NCBI GenBank assembly: GCA_963809485.1
Contig: CAWEJX010000007.1
Location: 448,001 to 512,000 of the forward strand
Origin: an uncultured Acidobacteriota bacterium
GTDB taxonomy: Bacteria > Acidobacteriota > UBA6911
Reading direction: 5' to 3'
DNA: 64,000 nucleotides
Shown here: positions 23,720 through 33,902 of the stretch, piece after piece
Layout of the letters: each line of letters opens with the position of its first letter
How positions within the stretch are numbered: position 1 is the first letter of the stretch
Program-made: the position numbers and the translations under genes
Notes under the pieces: generated by a model
Told to the model about the DNA's origin: nothing
The model's database searches: none
What the model saw: only the letters and a program-made list of their open reading frames with translations

Positions 23720-26067
23720 AGAAAGAGATTGAAATGGCGCGATGTACCAGCCGGATGAATTCCTGTCGGTAACCCTGACTGTCGGGTCCCCGCCCTTCCT
23801 TGGCCCATTCCAGGACGCTTTCCAGGTTGGCACTCCCTTTGTGCGGGGAGTCGCGCAGCACCATTCCGAAAGCGGCCACGGCCGCGGCAAATTTGAAGTC
23901 CTGCGAAGCCCTGCTGAATTTCTCCGCAGAATCTTTGACTGCGAACTCGGAAAGAACGCTCTGATCTTTCTCCGGCTCCTTGCTGCGGATTTTGACCGTC
24001 AGGACTTCGTTGCTGTCTGCCGAGGCAGAGGGTTGGACCGGCTTTTGATACTTCAGTGGATCCACACCCAGTGCGGTAGCCGCCATTCCTGCGGGAACAA
24101 GCTCATAAAGGGCCGTCACCGTATGCCCGGCTCCCACCGCGCCTGCCGTTTTGTCGTCGTCGTTGAAATCCTCCTTGGGCATCATCCTGTCTTCGTAGCC
24201 GATCAGGCGGTAGGAACTCACCCGTCGCGGGTTGAATTCGACCTGTATTTTTACGTCTTTGGCGATCGTGATCAGGGTCGCATTCATCTGCTCGACCAGG
24301 ACCTTCTTTGCCTCGCGCAGGGTGTCGATGTAGGCATAGTTGCCGCGCCCCTTGTTTGCCAGCAATTCCAGGGTCGCGTCCTTATAGTTGCCCATCCCGA
24401 ATCCCAGGGCGCTGAGGTAGATCCCGCTTTTCGCTTGTTCTTCGATAAGGCGCGTCAAATCTCCACGGTTGGTGACGCCGACATTGAAATCGCCGTCGGT
24501 TGCCAGTATCACGCGGTTTGTCCCGCCCTTTCAGGAAATTTCCCCTGGCGGTTTTGTAAGCAAGCTGGATGCCGGAAGCGCCGTTGGTGCTGCCGCCCGC
24601 CCGAAGGTGGTCAATGGCCCGCCGTATCTTCTCCTTCTGGTCGCCGCTGGTGGAAGGCAGCACAAGGCTCGTGTCTCCCGCATACACGACAATTGCGACC
24701 CTGTCCGATTCCGTCAGCTGGTCCACGAGCAGGCGCATCGATTCCTTTACGAGGGGAAGCTTGTTTTCATCGGCCATCGATCCGGATACGTCGAGCAAAA
24801 ATACCAGGTTGCCCGCCGGCCGCTTGCCGGGGCTTATTTCGCGCCCTTTCAATCCGATGCGCAGGAGCTTGTGCTCCGGTTTCCAGGGAGCTTCGGTGAT
24901 TTCAAAATCGACCGCAAACGGTTTCTCGTTTTTGGGACCTTTGTAGTCGTAATCAAAATAGTTCACGAGCTCTTCAACGCGAACCGCGTCTTTTGGAGGC
25001 AGTTTTCCGCTTTCCAGGAAGCGGCGCACGTTCGAATAGGACGCGGTGTCCACGTCGATGGAGAAAGTGGACAACGGATTCTGTGCTGCATCCAGGAAAG
25101 GATTGTCACTGATGTAGTCATAGGTTTCGGTGTTAAACGAGCCGCGTTGGCGAGGGACCGGAGGCGGTCCGTCCCAGGGACGAGGTCGCGGGGGCGGAGG
25201 CATCCTTCTGTGCATCGACACGCCTTCGGACTTCTGAATATAGGCGGCCGAAACTCCGCCGGCCAGATTTCCGGCCGTCCCCGCAGCGGATTCTGCCTGA
25301 ATTGCGGGGAGCTTTGCGGTGACGGTTAACGTTTCGTCGGTCCCCTTGATTTCCCCGGAAAGCCCCGGCTTTTCAGGAGCAGCGGCCTGGACCTTCTGCT
25401 CTTCGGGCGCCGAAACCGAGGCTGCAAGAATGGCGTCCGCTTTGGCTTTGTACTCTTCACCCTTCGCCCGCTCCGTTTCGGCGATACGGTTCATTTCTGC
25501 GGGCACGCCTGTCCCTTGCGGAGCAACGGATGTGTCGTCCCGGTCTTTAGAAACTGTGGGCTCCGGCGTTTGCCGCTCGTTTGTTTTCATATCCGTGGAG
25601 GGTCCTGAACTCTGCGCGGATTGAGACGAAAGGCTTCTCCCGCTGCTTTGCCCGGAAAGATCCTGGATTTGGGCCGGCTCTTTTAATTCAGCCGTCATCA
25701 CTGGGCTGCTTTTCTGCCGCACGGCAGCTGTCTGCTCGCGTCCTGGTTGCCTGACAATCACTGAAAAAGCCAGAAGCAGAGCCGCAGCGGCGCCGGCAAA
25801 AATCCAAACCGGCTTCCGCATGAGCCAGCTTCTGCCGGCCCCCGCGCGGGATTCGATCTTCTCACGCTGGGTTTGGGTCAGCGTGAGGGCGGGTTCCGCC
25901 CGCAGCTCCTCCTTCAGCAATCCGGCAGTCTCCCGGATCCCCTCGACGAGCCGGCGCATTTCTGCGGATTCTGCCAGGATACCCTCGATTTCCGCTCTCT
26001 CCTTCTCGTCCGCAATTTCGCCGAGAGCATAGGCGGTCCATCGCGGATCATCGGCGTCCATCTTCAT
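23718..26067 (-). pseudogene. Anti-sigma-like N-terminus + TM + YfbK-type VWA protein, split by a 1-nt frameshift near 24527
   Basis: ORF 24382..26067 (PLSTFSIDVDTASY, FLLDVSGSM) continues as NRVILATDGDFNVG...LIGYE in ORF 23718..24512 once one G is removed from AAAGGGCGGG. Confidence 0.8.
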
Positions 26068-26582
26068 TGCACCCTCCTTATGGCCGGCCGGTTCCGGACT
26101 CTCTCCCGAATGGTTTTGAGCCCGGTGTGGATGAGAAATCCGACATTGCTTACCGAAAGATTTGTAATCCGGCTGATTTCCAGATAACTCAGGTCGCCCT
26201 GGAACTTCAGTCTCAGGACCTCCTGCTGGTTTGCGGGGAGAGTGTCAAGCACCTTCAGGACTTCTGTGAGCTGCTCCTCCTTCTCCAGGTCCGCGGCAAA
26301 CTCCGGCCCGGAGCGGGAGTGCATCTGCGCATCGCTGATTGAGGTCATTTTTCTCTCCTTTCGAAGCACATCCAACGCGCGGTTGCGGCAGACGATATAA
26401 AGCCATTGCGTCAGATGATCCCGGATTTCAGCCGGCTTCTGGAGACAAAGCTTCAGGAAGGTGTCCTGCACGACCTCGCGCGCCTTTTCCTTGTCTCCGG
26501 TGATGTGAGCCGCATAGCGTATCAGCGGTTGCTCGAATTCGGCCAGTACGGATGGAATCCAGCTTGAATCGGGAGTCTTCAT
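26064..26582 (-). CDS. ECF sigma-70 factor
   Basis: VVQDTFLKL, WLYIVCRNRALD, region 4 HTH; ATGA-coupled to the VWA gene. Confidence 0.92.
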   Translation of the reverse strand: MKTPDSSWIPSVLAEFEQPLIRYAAHITGDKEKAREVVQDTFLKLCLQKPAEIRDHLTQWLYIVCRNRALDVLRKERKMTSISDAQMHSRSGPEFAADLEKEEQLTEVLKVLDTLPANQQEVLRLKFQGDLSYLEISRITNLSVSNVGFLIHTGLKTIRERVRNRPAIRRVQ

Positions 26583-26706
26583 GCAGCCCTCATTCGCTTT
26601 TCCGGCTTCCCTATATGCGAAAACGTTTCAGCGCAGATTTTCTTAGAGAAAAATTTTGGGTCTCACGGGCCCGGAATCGACGAGATTGTAAAAAGGACGG
26701 GTTGTT

Positions 26707-28215
26707 TCAGGCAAGCAATTCCGCGAAACTGCCCCGGCGGATAAGCTGGCGCAGGATTTCGATGTCGGGCGAGGAATCCCTGTCATTCGCCAGGGGTTCT
26801 ATGGCCTGGCGGACCAGGGCATAAGCTTTGCGCGTCCCTTCCCCCGGCTCCAGAGGTTTGCGAAATTCCATACCCTGGCAGGCAGCGAGTATTTCCGCGG
26901 ACAGCACGGTTTCCAGATTGTCGGCCACGGATCTAAGTTTCAATGCCGCCGTCATCCCCATGCTTACGTGATCCTCTTTGTTGCCCGATGTCGGGATGCT
27001 GTCCACAGAGGCGGGGTGCGCCAGGATCTTGTTCTCCGACACCAGGGAAGCGACCATGACCTGAAGCATCATGTAACCCGATGATAATCCGGGGCTCGGG
27101 CTCAGGAAGGCGGGCATGCCGCTCAAATCGGGATTGACCAGGCGTTCCAGGCGCCGTTCGGAGATGCTCGCCAGGTCGGCCAGAACCAGCGCCGCGTAGT
27201 CGAGGGCGTAGCCCACCGGCGCGCCGTGAAAATTGCCGCCCGCGAGGATCGATCCTCCGTCCGCGAAAACCAGAGGATTGTCCGTCGCGCTGTTGATCTC
27301 GCGGGTGAGTATCTCCCTGGTATGGTCCAGCGCGCCCCGCACGGCGCCGTGAACCTGGGGAACGCAGCGAAGCGAGTAGGCATCCTGGATGCGCCCGCAA
27401 TCGCGGTGCGATTCCACGATGGCGCTGTTGCGCAGCATGCGGGTGATGTGGGCCGCGGTCTTCTGCTGGCCGGGGTGCGGCCGCACCTGGTGGATGCGCG
27501 AGTCGTCGGCAACCACGCTGCCGAGCAGGACCTCCAGTGTAAGAGAGGCTGCAACATCCGCCGTGTCCATGAGACTGCGCGCGCGCTCGATCACCAGCCC
27601 CCCCACCGCGGTCATGAACTGAGTGCCGTTGAGCAGGGAAAGCCCTTCTTTCGCCTGCAGCTCGAGCGGAGAAAGCCCCGCGCGCTGCAAAGCTGCGGAT
27701 CCGGGAAGCCGTTCCCCGCGGTAAAAAGCCTCTCCTTCCCCGATCAAAGCCAGCGCCATATGAGCGGACGGCACGAGATCGCCGCTGGCGCCCACGGATC
27801 CGCGCGAAGGGACGACGGGGCAAACCCTTTTGTTCAGGACGGCGATCAGCATGTCGATGATTTCCGGCCGCACGCCGGAGAAGCCCTTGGCAAGCGAATT
27901 GGCGCGGAGCAGGATCGCCGCCCGGACTTCGGGCTCCGCCAGCGGCTCCCCCGCGCCGCATGCATGGCTGCGCAGCAGGTTCAGCTGCAGCTGACGGATT
28001 TCATCATGGGGGATACGGACGTCGCTGAGCTTGCCGAATCCCGTAGTCACGCCGTATACCGGGAGGTTGCTGTCCAGGGCTCGGTCTATGACCGCTCGGC
28101 TTGCGAGGACTCTCTGGCGGGCCTTGCCGGCCAGTTCCACCAGCGCGAAATCCAGCGCTACGTGCGCCAGTGTTCCGAGCGTCAGCGATTCGCCGTCCAA
28201 CGATAAGCCGTGCAT
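26707..28215 (-). CDS. hutH: Histidine ammonia-lyase
   Basis: YGVTTGFG, GSVGASGDL (MIO), QDAYSLRC, GGNFHG, EDHVSMG. Confidence 0.93.
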   Translation of the reverse strand: MHGLSLDGESLTLGTLAHVALDFALVELAGKARQRVLASRAVIDRALDSNLPVYGVTTGFGKLSDVRIPHDEIRQLQLNLLRSHACGAGEPLAEPEVRAAILLRANSLAKGFSGVRPEIIDMLIAVLNKRVCPVVPSRGSVGASGDLVPSAHMALALIGEGEAFYRGERLPGSAALQRAGLSPLELQAKEGLSLLNGTQFMTAVGGLVIERARSLMDTADVAASLTLEVLLGSVVADDSRIHQVRPHPGQQKTAAHITRMLRNSAIVESHRDCGRIQDAYSLRCVPQVHGAVRGALDHTREILTREINSATDNPLVFADGGSILAGGNFHGAPVGYALDYAALVLADLASISERRLERLVNPDLSGMPAFLSPSPGLSSGYMMLQVMVASLVSENKILAHPASVDSIPTSGNKEDHVSMGMTAALKLRSVADNLETVLSAEILAACQGMEFRKPLEPGEGTRKAYALVRQAIEPLANDRDSSPDIEILRQLIRRGSFAELLA

Positions 28216-28216
28216 G

Positions 28217-29035
28217 CTATTCCTTCCTGGATAGCCTGATATCTCCTGCATAGGTAACCAGCTTCAATGGTGCGCCGCCGTCGCCCACAGCGCCCTTTAA
28301 CGACTGTGAATTTTTGCTGACGACGATTTGAGGAGGTTCTGGCTCGCCCTCGACGACCTGGGGAGGGTAGTCTACGGTGATGGTGCCATTGCGCGTCTCC
28401 AACTGAATGGCTGCGGAGTAGTCGAGAGGGAGCTTCACATCCACCGAACCGACCTGGGTCAGCGCAGCGAATTCCATTCCTTTCCAGTTTTTGCCGGACA
28501 TCTCGACAGAAATGTCGCCCTTCAAAGTCTCGCCCGAAAAGTATCCCTCCATCGATTTGGCTTCCAGGCTGCCTTCGCTGGTCGAAATCTCAACCCAGCC
28601 GTTCACCGATTCAATGGTAAAATCACCCCGCTTCATCGTGCCTCGGATGTCGGTCTTCGCCTTCGGGACATATAGGGTGAGGTTATATTCCATGGTCGCG
28701 TCGGGTTGCGTCGGCTCCGCTATGCGGATGGTGGAACTGGTCTGGGTCCAGCGCACCCTTATGGGATGAGCCTTGAGCAGAAGCATGGCCTGCTCTGCGG
28801 AATGGTAATAGACGATTTTTTCCGCCTCCATGCGAACGGATCCCTTCTGCCAGCCCACAATTGTGATGTTGCCCGGCACTCCGGCCGTGATCTCGATCTT
28901 TCCGCCCGGGAAAAAATTGAATTGCTTTTCCTCCCGTTCGACGTAGGGCGCTTCGGGGACCTGCGTTTTGGCAGGTTCCTGGAGCCACGAAACGGGGAGT
29001 AATAGGGAGCCCATCAAAATCATGAAGAACGGCAT
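28217..29035 (-). CDS. Secreted DUF4097/adhesin (toast-rack-like) beta-repeat protein
   Basis: Signal-like N-terminus, beta-repeat T..GDI pattern, C-terminal GDGGAPLKLVTYAGDIRL. Confidence 0.7.
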   Translation of the reverse strand: MPFFMILMGSLLLPVSWLQEPAKTQVPEAPYVEREEKQFNFFPGGKIEITAGVPGNITIVGWQKGSVRMEAEKIVYYHSAEQAMLLLKAHPIRVRWTQTSSTIRIAEPTQPDATMEYNLTLYVPKAKTDIRGTMKRGDFTIESVNGWVEISTSEGSLEAKSMEGYFSGETLKGDISVEMSGKNWKGMEFAALTQVGSVDVKLPLDYSAAIQLETRNGTITVDYPPQVVEGEPEPPQIVVSKNSQSLKGAVGDGGAPLKLVTYAGDIRLSRKE

Positions 29036-29049
29036 CGGCAATCGCTCCT

Positions 29050-29997
29050 TTATTTGAAGAAATCCGGCGCTGCAATCTCCGGGAGACGGCCCACGGTGTG
29101 GATGTCTATCCCGTGAAATATCGCCAGGGACAAAATTGCCAGGCAAATCCACCACGCCGCGCGTGCCGCCGGCGACTTCAGACGCTTCGGAAGGATCCGC
29201 ATCCAATGATACAGTATCCAGCATTCCAGGGCGAAAGGAGGAAATCCGAAAAATCCCAGGACCGGCATTTCAAACACTTTCCATTTGCCGAAAAAGGGCA
29301 CGGTGTAGATCCACTTGGAGCCCGCCCAGAAATTAAAAAATTCCCAGATCAGGCCGCAAATCAATCCTCCCAGCATCAGGCTCCACACGCGCCTGCGGTC
29401 TCCGGAAAATATGCCCAACGAGAGGCTTTGCATCCCGGACCTCTCCAGCAGGGGATCGAAAAGAAAAATGGGCCCCAGCCAGACGGCAGGGAAAAAATAG
29501 CGCGGCCACACGATGGGCGCGGCCGTCATTATCAGGCCGAGCGCAATAAACACGGGGGACGGGCGCGTCCTGCCGCCGGAAACATCCGGGCGGCATTCCG
29601 AGGCCATGGATTGAGAAGAGCTTCCGAAGAGCGGCTCCACGAGGTCCGAGGTGATGAATATGGCAGGGAGCACGGTTGCGAACGACAGCGCATAGCCAAA
29701 CCAGCGCAGACAAAGGTGCATGGGGACGACACTGTAGGACCAGTTCTGGATGCGGAAATTGAAGGCTTCAAAAATCAGCCAGATAAAAATGGAGAGGGGA
29801 AGCATGCACCATAGTTCGTTCCGTCTGTTGATAAAAAGCGATCGGCCCCGGAGCTTCAGCAGCAGGTTATCAGCCAGCAGGATATAGGACCACCAGGCGA
29901 AGCAGTAAAACCATGTGGAGACAGGCTCAATTTTGCGGACGAGGCAGTATTCGGAGATAATCAGGAGCAGCAGGCCGGCCCAACCATAAATTTTCAT
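29050..29997 (-). CDS. Conserved polytopic membrane protein
   Basis: Many TM segments; WEFFNFWAGSKWIYTVP...FEMPVLGFFGFPPFALE motif. Confidence 0.75.
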   Translation of the reverse strand: MKIYGWAGLLLLIISEYCLVRKIEPVSTWFYCFAWWSYILLADNLLLKLRGRSLFINRRNELWCMLPLSIFIWLIFEAFNFRIQNWSYSVVPMHLCLRWFGYALSFATVLPAIFITSDLVEPLFGSSSQSMASECRPDVSGGRTRPSPVFIALGLIMTAAPIVWPRYFFPAVWLGPIFLFDPLLERSGMQSLSLGIFSGDRRRVWSLMLGGLICGLIWEFFNFWAGSKWIYTVPFFGKWKVFEMPVLGFFGFPPFALECWILYHWMRILPKRLKSPAARAAWWICLAILSLAIFHGIDIHTVGRLPEIAAPDFFK

Positions 29998-30023
29998 TTA
30001 CACGGTATTATCCCACAAAAATA

Positions 30024-30227
30024 ACAGGCAGCCATGAACCTTCACCGGGTTTTGTTGAGGGCGACTCTAGAGGCCGGTCCATAAATTTTAACGCTGACGC
30101 ACGCCGATAAACGCTGACTTACGCTGAAAAAATATAGATAAATAATATTTTCTCAGCATTTAAGGTTGATTGGGCGAAGACGGCTCTCCCGAGCCGTCCT
30201 CAATAAAACTTGGGAATCTTTGCCTGT
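30024..30227. repeat. Nested repeat: REP-like inverted arms enclosing four 10-nt NNACGCYGAN units
   Basis: gttttgttgagggcgactc vs gagccgtcctcaataaaac; hairpin gacggctctcccgagccgtc; units at 30089-30128. Confidence 0.6.
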
Positions 30228-30253
30228 CTGAAGGCAGGAGTTTGGGGCTGATG

Positions 30254-31117
30254 CTAGAGCCAGCTTATCTTCAAGCCGCCGATGCCGGTTTGGACGCGGA
30301 CGGAAATTTTGATCGCGGCGGTGTCGTAATTTGTGCTGTAGTAAGCGGAATCCCGCTGATTGAAACCGTCGAGGTGCACGCCACTCAGGAAATTTTTTTC
30401 GGCTTCAACCTTGACCCCGATCTCGCGCGGCATCTTGACGTTGACTCCGCCCACCCCGACCTGGATGCGGATGTCGGCATCGCGATTCCACTCCCCTGTG
30501 AAATCCAGATCCGCTCCGCCGACGCCTCCCTCGTATTCGAACTCGCGAAAATTGAGATTTCCCAGACCGACCGCTTCAATGCTGCCGACGCCGTTTTTTA
30601 TGCTGATATATTCGCAGGGAACCGGATTCGGTTTGTAAACAGACAGTTTTGCGCCTCCCACTCCGGCCTCGAAATTGAGGCGCGTCAGCTTCATCCCTGA
30701 CAGGGACAGGCGGGCGTCCCCCACTCCCGCGTTTACGGTCAAATCCAGGGGGATGGATTCATTGAATGCCAGCCTGAGCCTGTTATTGTGTCTATGCCTT
30801 CGCACCCCTGATCTGCGGGTGCTTGGGAGGTCGAAAGAAAATCGACCCTCCTCCCCAGCGAGGGCGGTATCGTATCGGACTTCGGGGACATAGCTCGCTT
30901 TGTCATATTCCAGGTCGAGAGAGTACAGCTCGGACTCTTTATCGCCGGCTGTGATTTCCAGGGAACCGATCCCAAAGCGGACCGTTGAATTCAGTTTTTT
31001 TTCCTTATCGAGAGGTTGAGCCTGGTTCATCAAAGTCATTTCAATGGGCACACGTTCGTCGAAGCCGCATCCGCAAAGCACCAGCAGACTGCTTATCATC
31101 CAGGTTGCTCTTTTCAT
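30254..31117 (-). CDS. Toast-rack (LiaG/DUF2154-like) lipoprotein
   Basis: Lipobox-like LCGC; repeated GVGG...LDF beta motif. Confidence 0.7.
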   Translation of the reverse strand: MKRATWMISSLLVLCGCGFDERVPIEMTLMNQAQPLDKEKKLNSTVRFGIGSLEITAGDKESELYSLDLEYDKASYVPEVRYDTALAGEEGRFSFDLPSTRRSGVRRHRHNNRLRLAFNESIPLDLTVNAGVGDARLSLSGMKLTRLNFEAGVGGAKLSVYKPNPVPCEYISIKNGVGSIEAVGLGNLNFREFEYEGGVGGADLDFTGEWNRDADIRIQVGVGGVNVKMPREIGVKVEAEKNFLSGVHLDGFNQRDSAYYSTNYDTAAIKISVRVQTGIGGLKISWL

Positions 31118-32907
31118 CGCGCGATTCCTTTCTGGATTCGGTCCGCAGTGCGGCGAAACTGCTCGAGAATTGCGGGCCTGTTCTCACCATGCCCCGGCCT
31201 TGACGCCAGCACGGTTTTGGCTTCCTCTTTCGGTTCGTCACGATCCTCCTCATCCCCGGTGTCCCGTGTAATCTGGATGGTGTCGTGTTCGGTCTCCAGC
31301 AGGATCCTCGGCCCTCCCGACTTGACGGTGGATTTTAGCACCGAGGAATTTCCTTCCTTTTTGGCGGGCGCCAGCCCCGAATATCCGGACTCGATGTCCC
31401 CATTCCGGGAGGTGGCATCCATGACGAACGAAGCTCCCTCCGGAAGAGACAGGTCGATGGAGCCGTTGCGGTTTATGACACGAATGCCGCTCTTGCCGAG
31501 GCTCCGCGCCGCCAGGCTGACATCGGCGTATTCATTCGTGATGTCGCAGTTGTCGGAGGCGTCGGTCACGACCACGTCCTTGAGTGTGGTCTGAATGTCG
31601 AGCGGCCCGCGTATTTCGTGGACGGTCACGGCGCTGGCGCGGGCTTTCAATTTGAGGGAGCCGCCGATATCATCGGCTCTGATGCTGTCGGAATTCGAGC
31701 GGATCTCAACGTTTCCCCGTATGCTTTTCAAAGCCAGCGTGGCGTAACTTGTCTCGGCGGTGACATTGGAAGCGACATTGGAGACCTCGACGTTTTTGTG
31801 GCTTGCGGTGAGTTTCAGGCTGTCCTTCAAATCGTCGACGTAGACGTCCGAGCCCCGGGCATCGATCGTGACGGGTCCGGTCGCCTTTTCGAGCCGGACA
31901 TTGTTTTCGGTGATGGAGATCGATACTTTTCCCTCGATGTTGAGCAGCTGCAGAGGCGAATACTCGTTGGTCACGGTTACGTCGCCCTTGATATCTTCAA
32001 GTTGAGCCCTGCCGCGGCTGTCGAGGACCACGTTCCCCTTCAGGTTCGTAAGACGCGATTCCCCATACCGGTTGGACACGGTGAACTGGCCGGTGCAGTC
32101 GCGGATCTCAAGGGAGCGATGCGTGGTGCTGAGAATCATGGATCCGTCGATATTTGCCGCCCGCACTTCGCCAAAGGAATTTCTGACTTCCACCACGGAG
32201 TTTTTTGGGATCAGAACTTCCAGGTCGGTGTTGAAAACATATTGCTTCGAGCTCAGGGATTCACGGTTTGTCCTCAACACGAACACGCCGGCATCCGGTT
32301 TCGCGGCCAGCTCCGCTTCAGGCTTCGCTTCAGGCTTCGCGTCGGCGGAAAGCCCGCCCTGCCCCTCCATCCCGGTTTCGAGACGGATCTCGGAAGCAAT
32401 GTCTTTCGCGCGCGATTCGTCCGCATACACAACTTTTTTCAAGCGGACGCGAACCTCCCGGTCGTTTCCCGGGGTTATGGCAACCAGGCCGTAGGAATTT
32501 TCAATGCGGATAGGCTTTGCAGGATCCAGCGGGTAAGTGGCTTCCTCCGTGTAGGCGTGGGAATCTCCTATCCATTGACCGGGCCGGACGGAGGTGCCTC
32601 CGATTTCTATGGGCAACTCCCGGACGAAGCGGACGAAATGGCTTTCCGAGATCCTTGTCATTGCCGACCCGACAAGGAGCAGCAGGAGAATTCCAAAGAT
32701 TTCCCCGATCCGGATCGAGAAGGCATCTTTATCGAGGTAGTAATCGATCACTTTTCCCAGGCCCAGCAGAATCAGCAGTACGGGCCAGTAGCGGCTGGCA
32801 ACGGACCAGAAGTTGAGCCCGATCCCCAGATTCATCAGCAGGAACAGAACCCCGAAACTAATCCAGAGCAGGGCTCCCAGCAGCGATGGACGATGCCTCT
32901 TTGACAT
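31114..32907 (-). CDS. LiaF/DUF5668 TM domain + DUF4097 beta-repeat protein
   Basis: GVLFLL...YWPVLLILLGLGK N-terminus; long beta-repeat region. Confidence 0.8.
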   Translation of the reverse strand: MSKRHRPSLLGALLWISFGVLFLLMNLGIGLNFWSVASRYWPVLLILLGLGKVIDYYLDKDAFSIRIGEIFGILLLLLVGSAMTRISESHFVRFVRELPIEIGGTSVRPGQWIGDSHAYTEEATYPLDPAKPIRIENSYGLVAITPGNDREVRVRLKKVVYADESRAKDIASEIRLETGMEGQGGLSADAKPEAKPEAELAAKPDAGVFVLRTNRESLSSKQYVFNTDLEVLIPKNSVVEVRNSFGEVRAANIDGSMILSTTHRSLEIRDCTGQFTVSNRYGESRLTNLKGNVVLDSRGRAQLEDIKGDVTVTNEYSPLQLLNIEGKVSISITENNVRLEKATGPVTIDARGSDVYVDDLKDSLKLTASHKNVEVSNVASNVTAETSYATLALKSIRGNVEIRSNSDSIRADDIGGSLKLKARASAVTVHEIRGPLDIQTTLKDVVVTDASDNCDITNEYADVSLAARSLGKSGIRVINRNGSIDLSLPEGASFVMDATSRNGDIESGYSGLAPAKKEGNSSVLKSTVKSGGPRILLETEHDTIQITRDTGDEEDRDEPKEEAKTVLASRPGHGENRPAILEQFRRTADRIQKGIAR

Positions 32908-32916
32908 GGTTCACTC

Positions 32917-33132
32917 CTATGGCGCTTTGTCCGGCGCGGGAGGTATTTCCGGCCACGTGAAATATTCCACAAGCTTCTTCACTCCGATCAGGATGAAAAT
33001 GACCGGCCAGTATTTGGAAATCAGGCGCAGCGCCGAAAAGGGTGCATAAAAATTTTCAGCAAGGAAAATTACCCCGAGGGCAATCAATATGAGACCTGCT
33101 GTCAGAGCACCGGTATGAGTTCGAATGGACAT
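32917..33132 (-). CDS. Small LiaI/DUF5668-like membrane protein
   Basis: GLILIALGVIFL...YWPVIFILIG. Confidence 0.75.
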   Translation of the reverse strand: MSIRTHTGALTAGLILIALGVIFLAENFYAPFSALRLISKYWPVIFILIGVKKLVEYFTWPEIPPAPDKAP

Positions 33133-33133
33133 T

Positions 33134-33787
33134 TCAGATATCCTCCTTCGGCCCGAAATCCTTGGGGATTGCGAGCGGACCGGAATCGCGGCTCCGCTTC
33201 TCCCGCTCCTTCATGGCCCGGTAAACCAGGTAAGCGCCCATCGCGATGAAGATCAGTGGCCACAACCGGTTCAGAAAGTAATAAGGAATGAGGTTCTGCA
33301 GAAGGAACAGGATCCCGAGAATGATCAGAAAGACACCCCAGCCGATGCTGGTCTTGTCGTGACCCGGCAGCTTGGCGGAAGCGAAACTGGCATCCAAACG
33401 TTTGCGGGCATTGGCTTCGGCGGTACGATAAGCGTCAAACATGGTAAAAACAATGAAGGCAAAAGCGCCGAAACCGAATACCCCGTTCACCTTGTTGCCC
33501 ATCATCACCAGACCGGCCCAAACGGCAAAATAGGTGAGGCCCTTCATATATTCGCTGTTGTAGACAGCGCCCATTCCGGGAATCAGGGCGCAGAGCGTAG
33601 CCCTTTTGGGAGCGTCGGCCGGCAGCCGGAGATTCTTCATCGAGGCCGCCCACTCCGCTCCTTCCGTCAGGCAGTTCTGGCAGTAGACTTTGTTTTTCAC
33701 TCTGTGCGCACATTCGGCGCACAGGGCTTTGTTGCAGAGGCTGCAAAAATCCTGGGAATCCGCTGCAGGGTGAAATGAGCATTTCAT
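33134..33787 (-). CDS. B-box-like zinc finger + DUF5668 membrane protein
   Basis: CxxH..CxxC..CxxC..CxxC N-terminus; IPGMGAVYN; LWPLIFI. Confidence 0.8.
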   Translation of the reverse strand: MKCSFHPAADSQDFCSLCNKALCAECAHRVKNKVYCQNCLTEGAEWAASMKNLRLPADAPKRATLCALIPGMGAVYNSEYMKGLTYFAVWAGLVMMGNKVNGVFGFGAFAFIVFTMFDAYRTAEANARKRLDASFASAKLPGHDKTSIGWGVFLIILGILFLLQNLIPYYFLNRLWPLIFIAMGAYLVYRAMKEREKRSRDSGPLAIPKDFGPKEDI

Positions 33788-33902
33788 AGCAAATCTCCTC
33801 TCCGAGATCCTGTTTCTCGCTGTCTTTCCTCCGCGAACCTTCGCTTCGTTACATGCGGGCGACCCATTCGAAAACGCGAAGTCACGGGCAATATTTCTAC
33901 AG

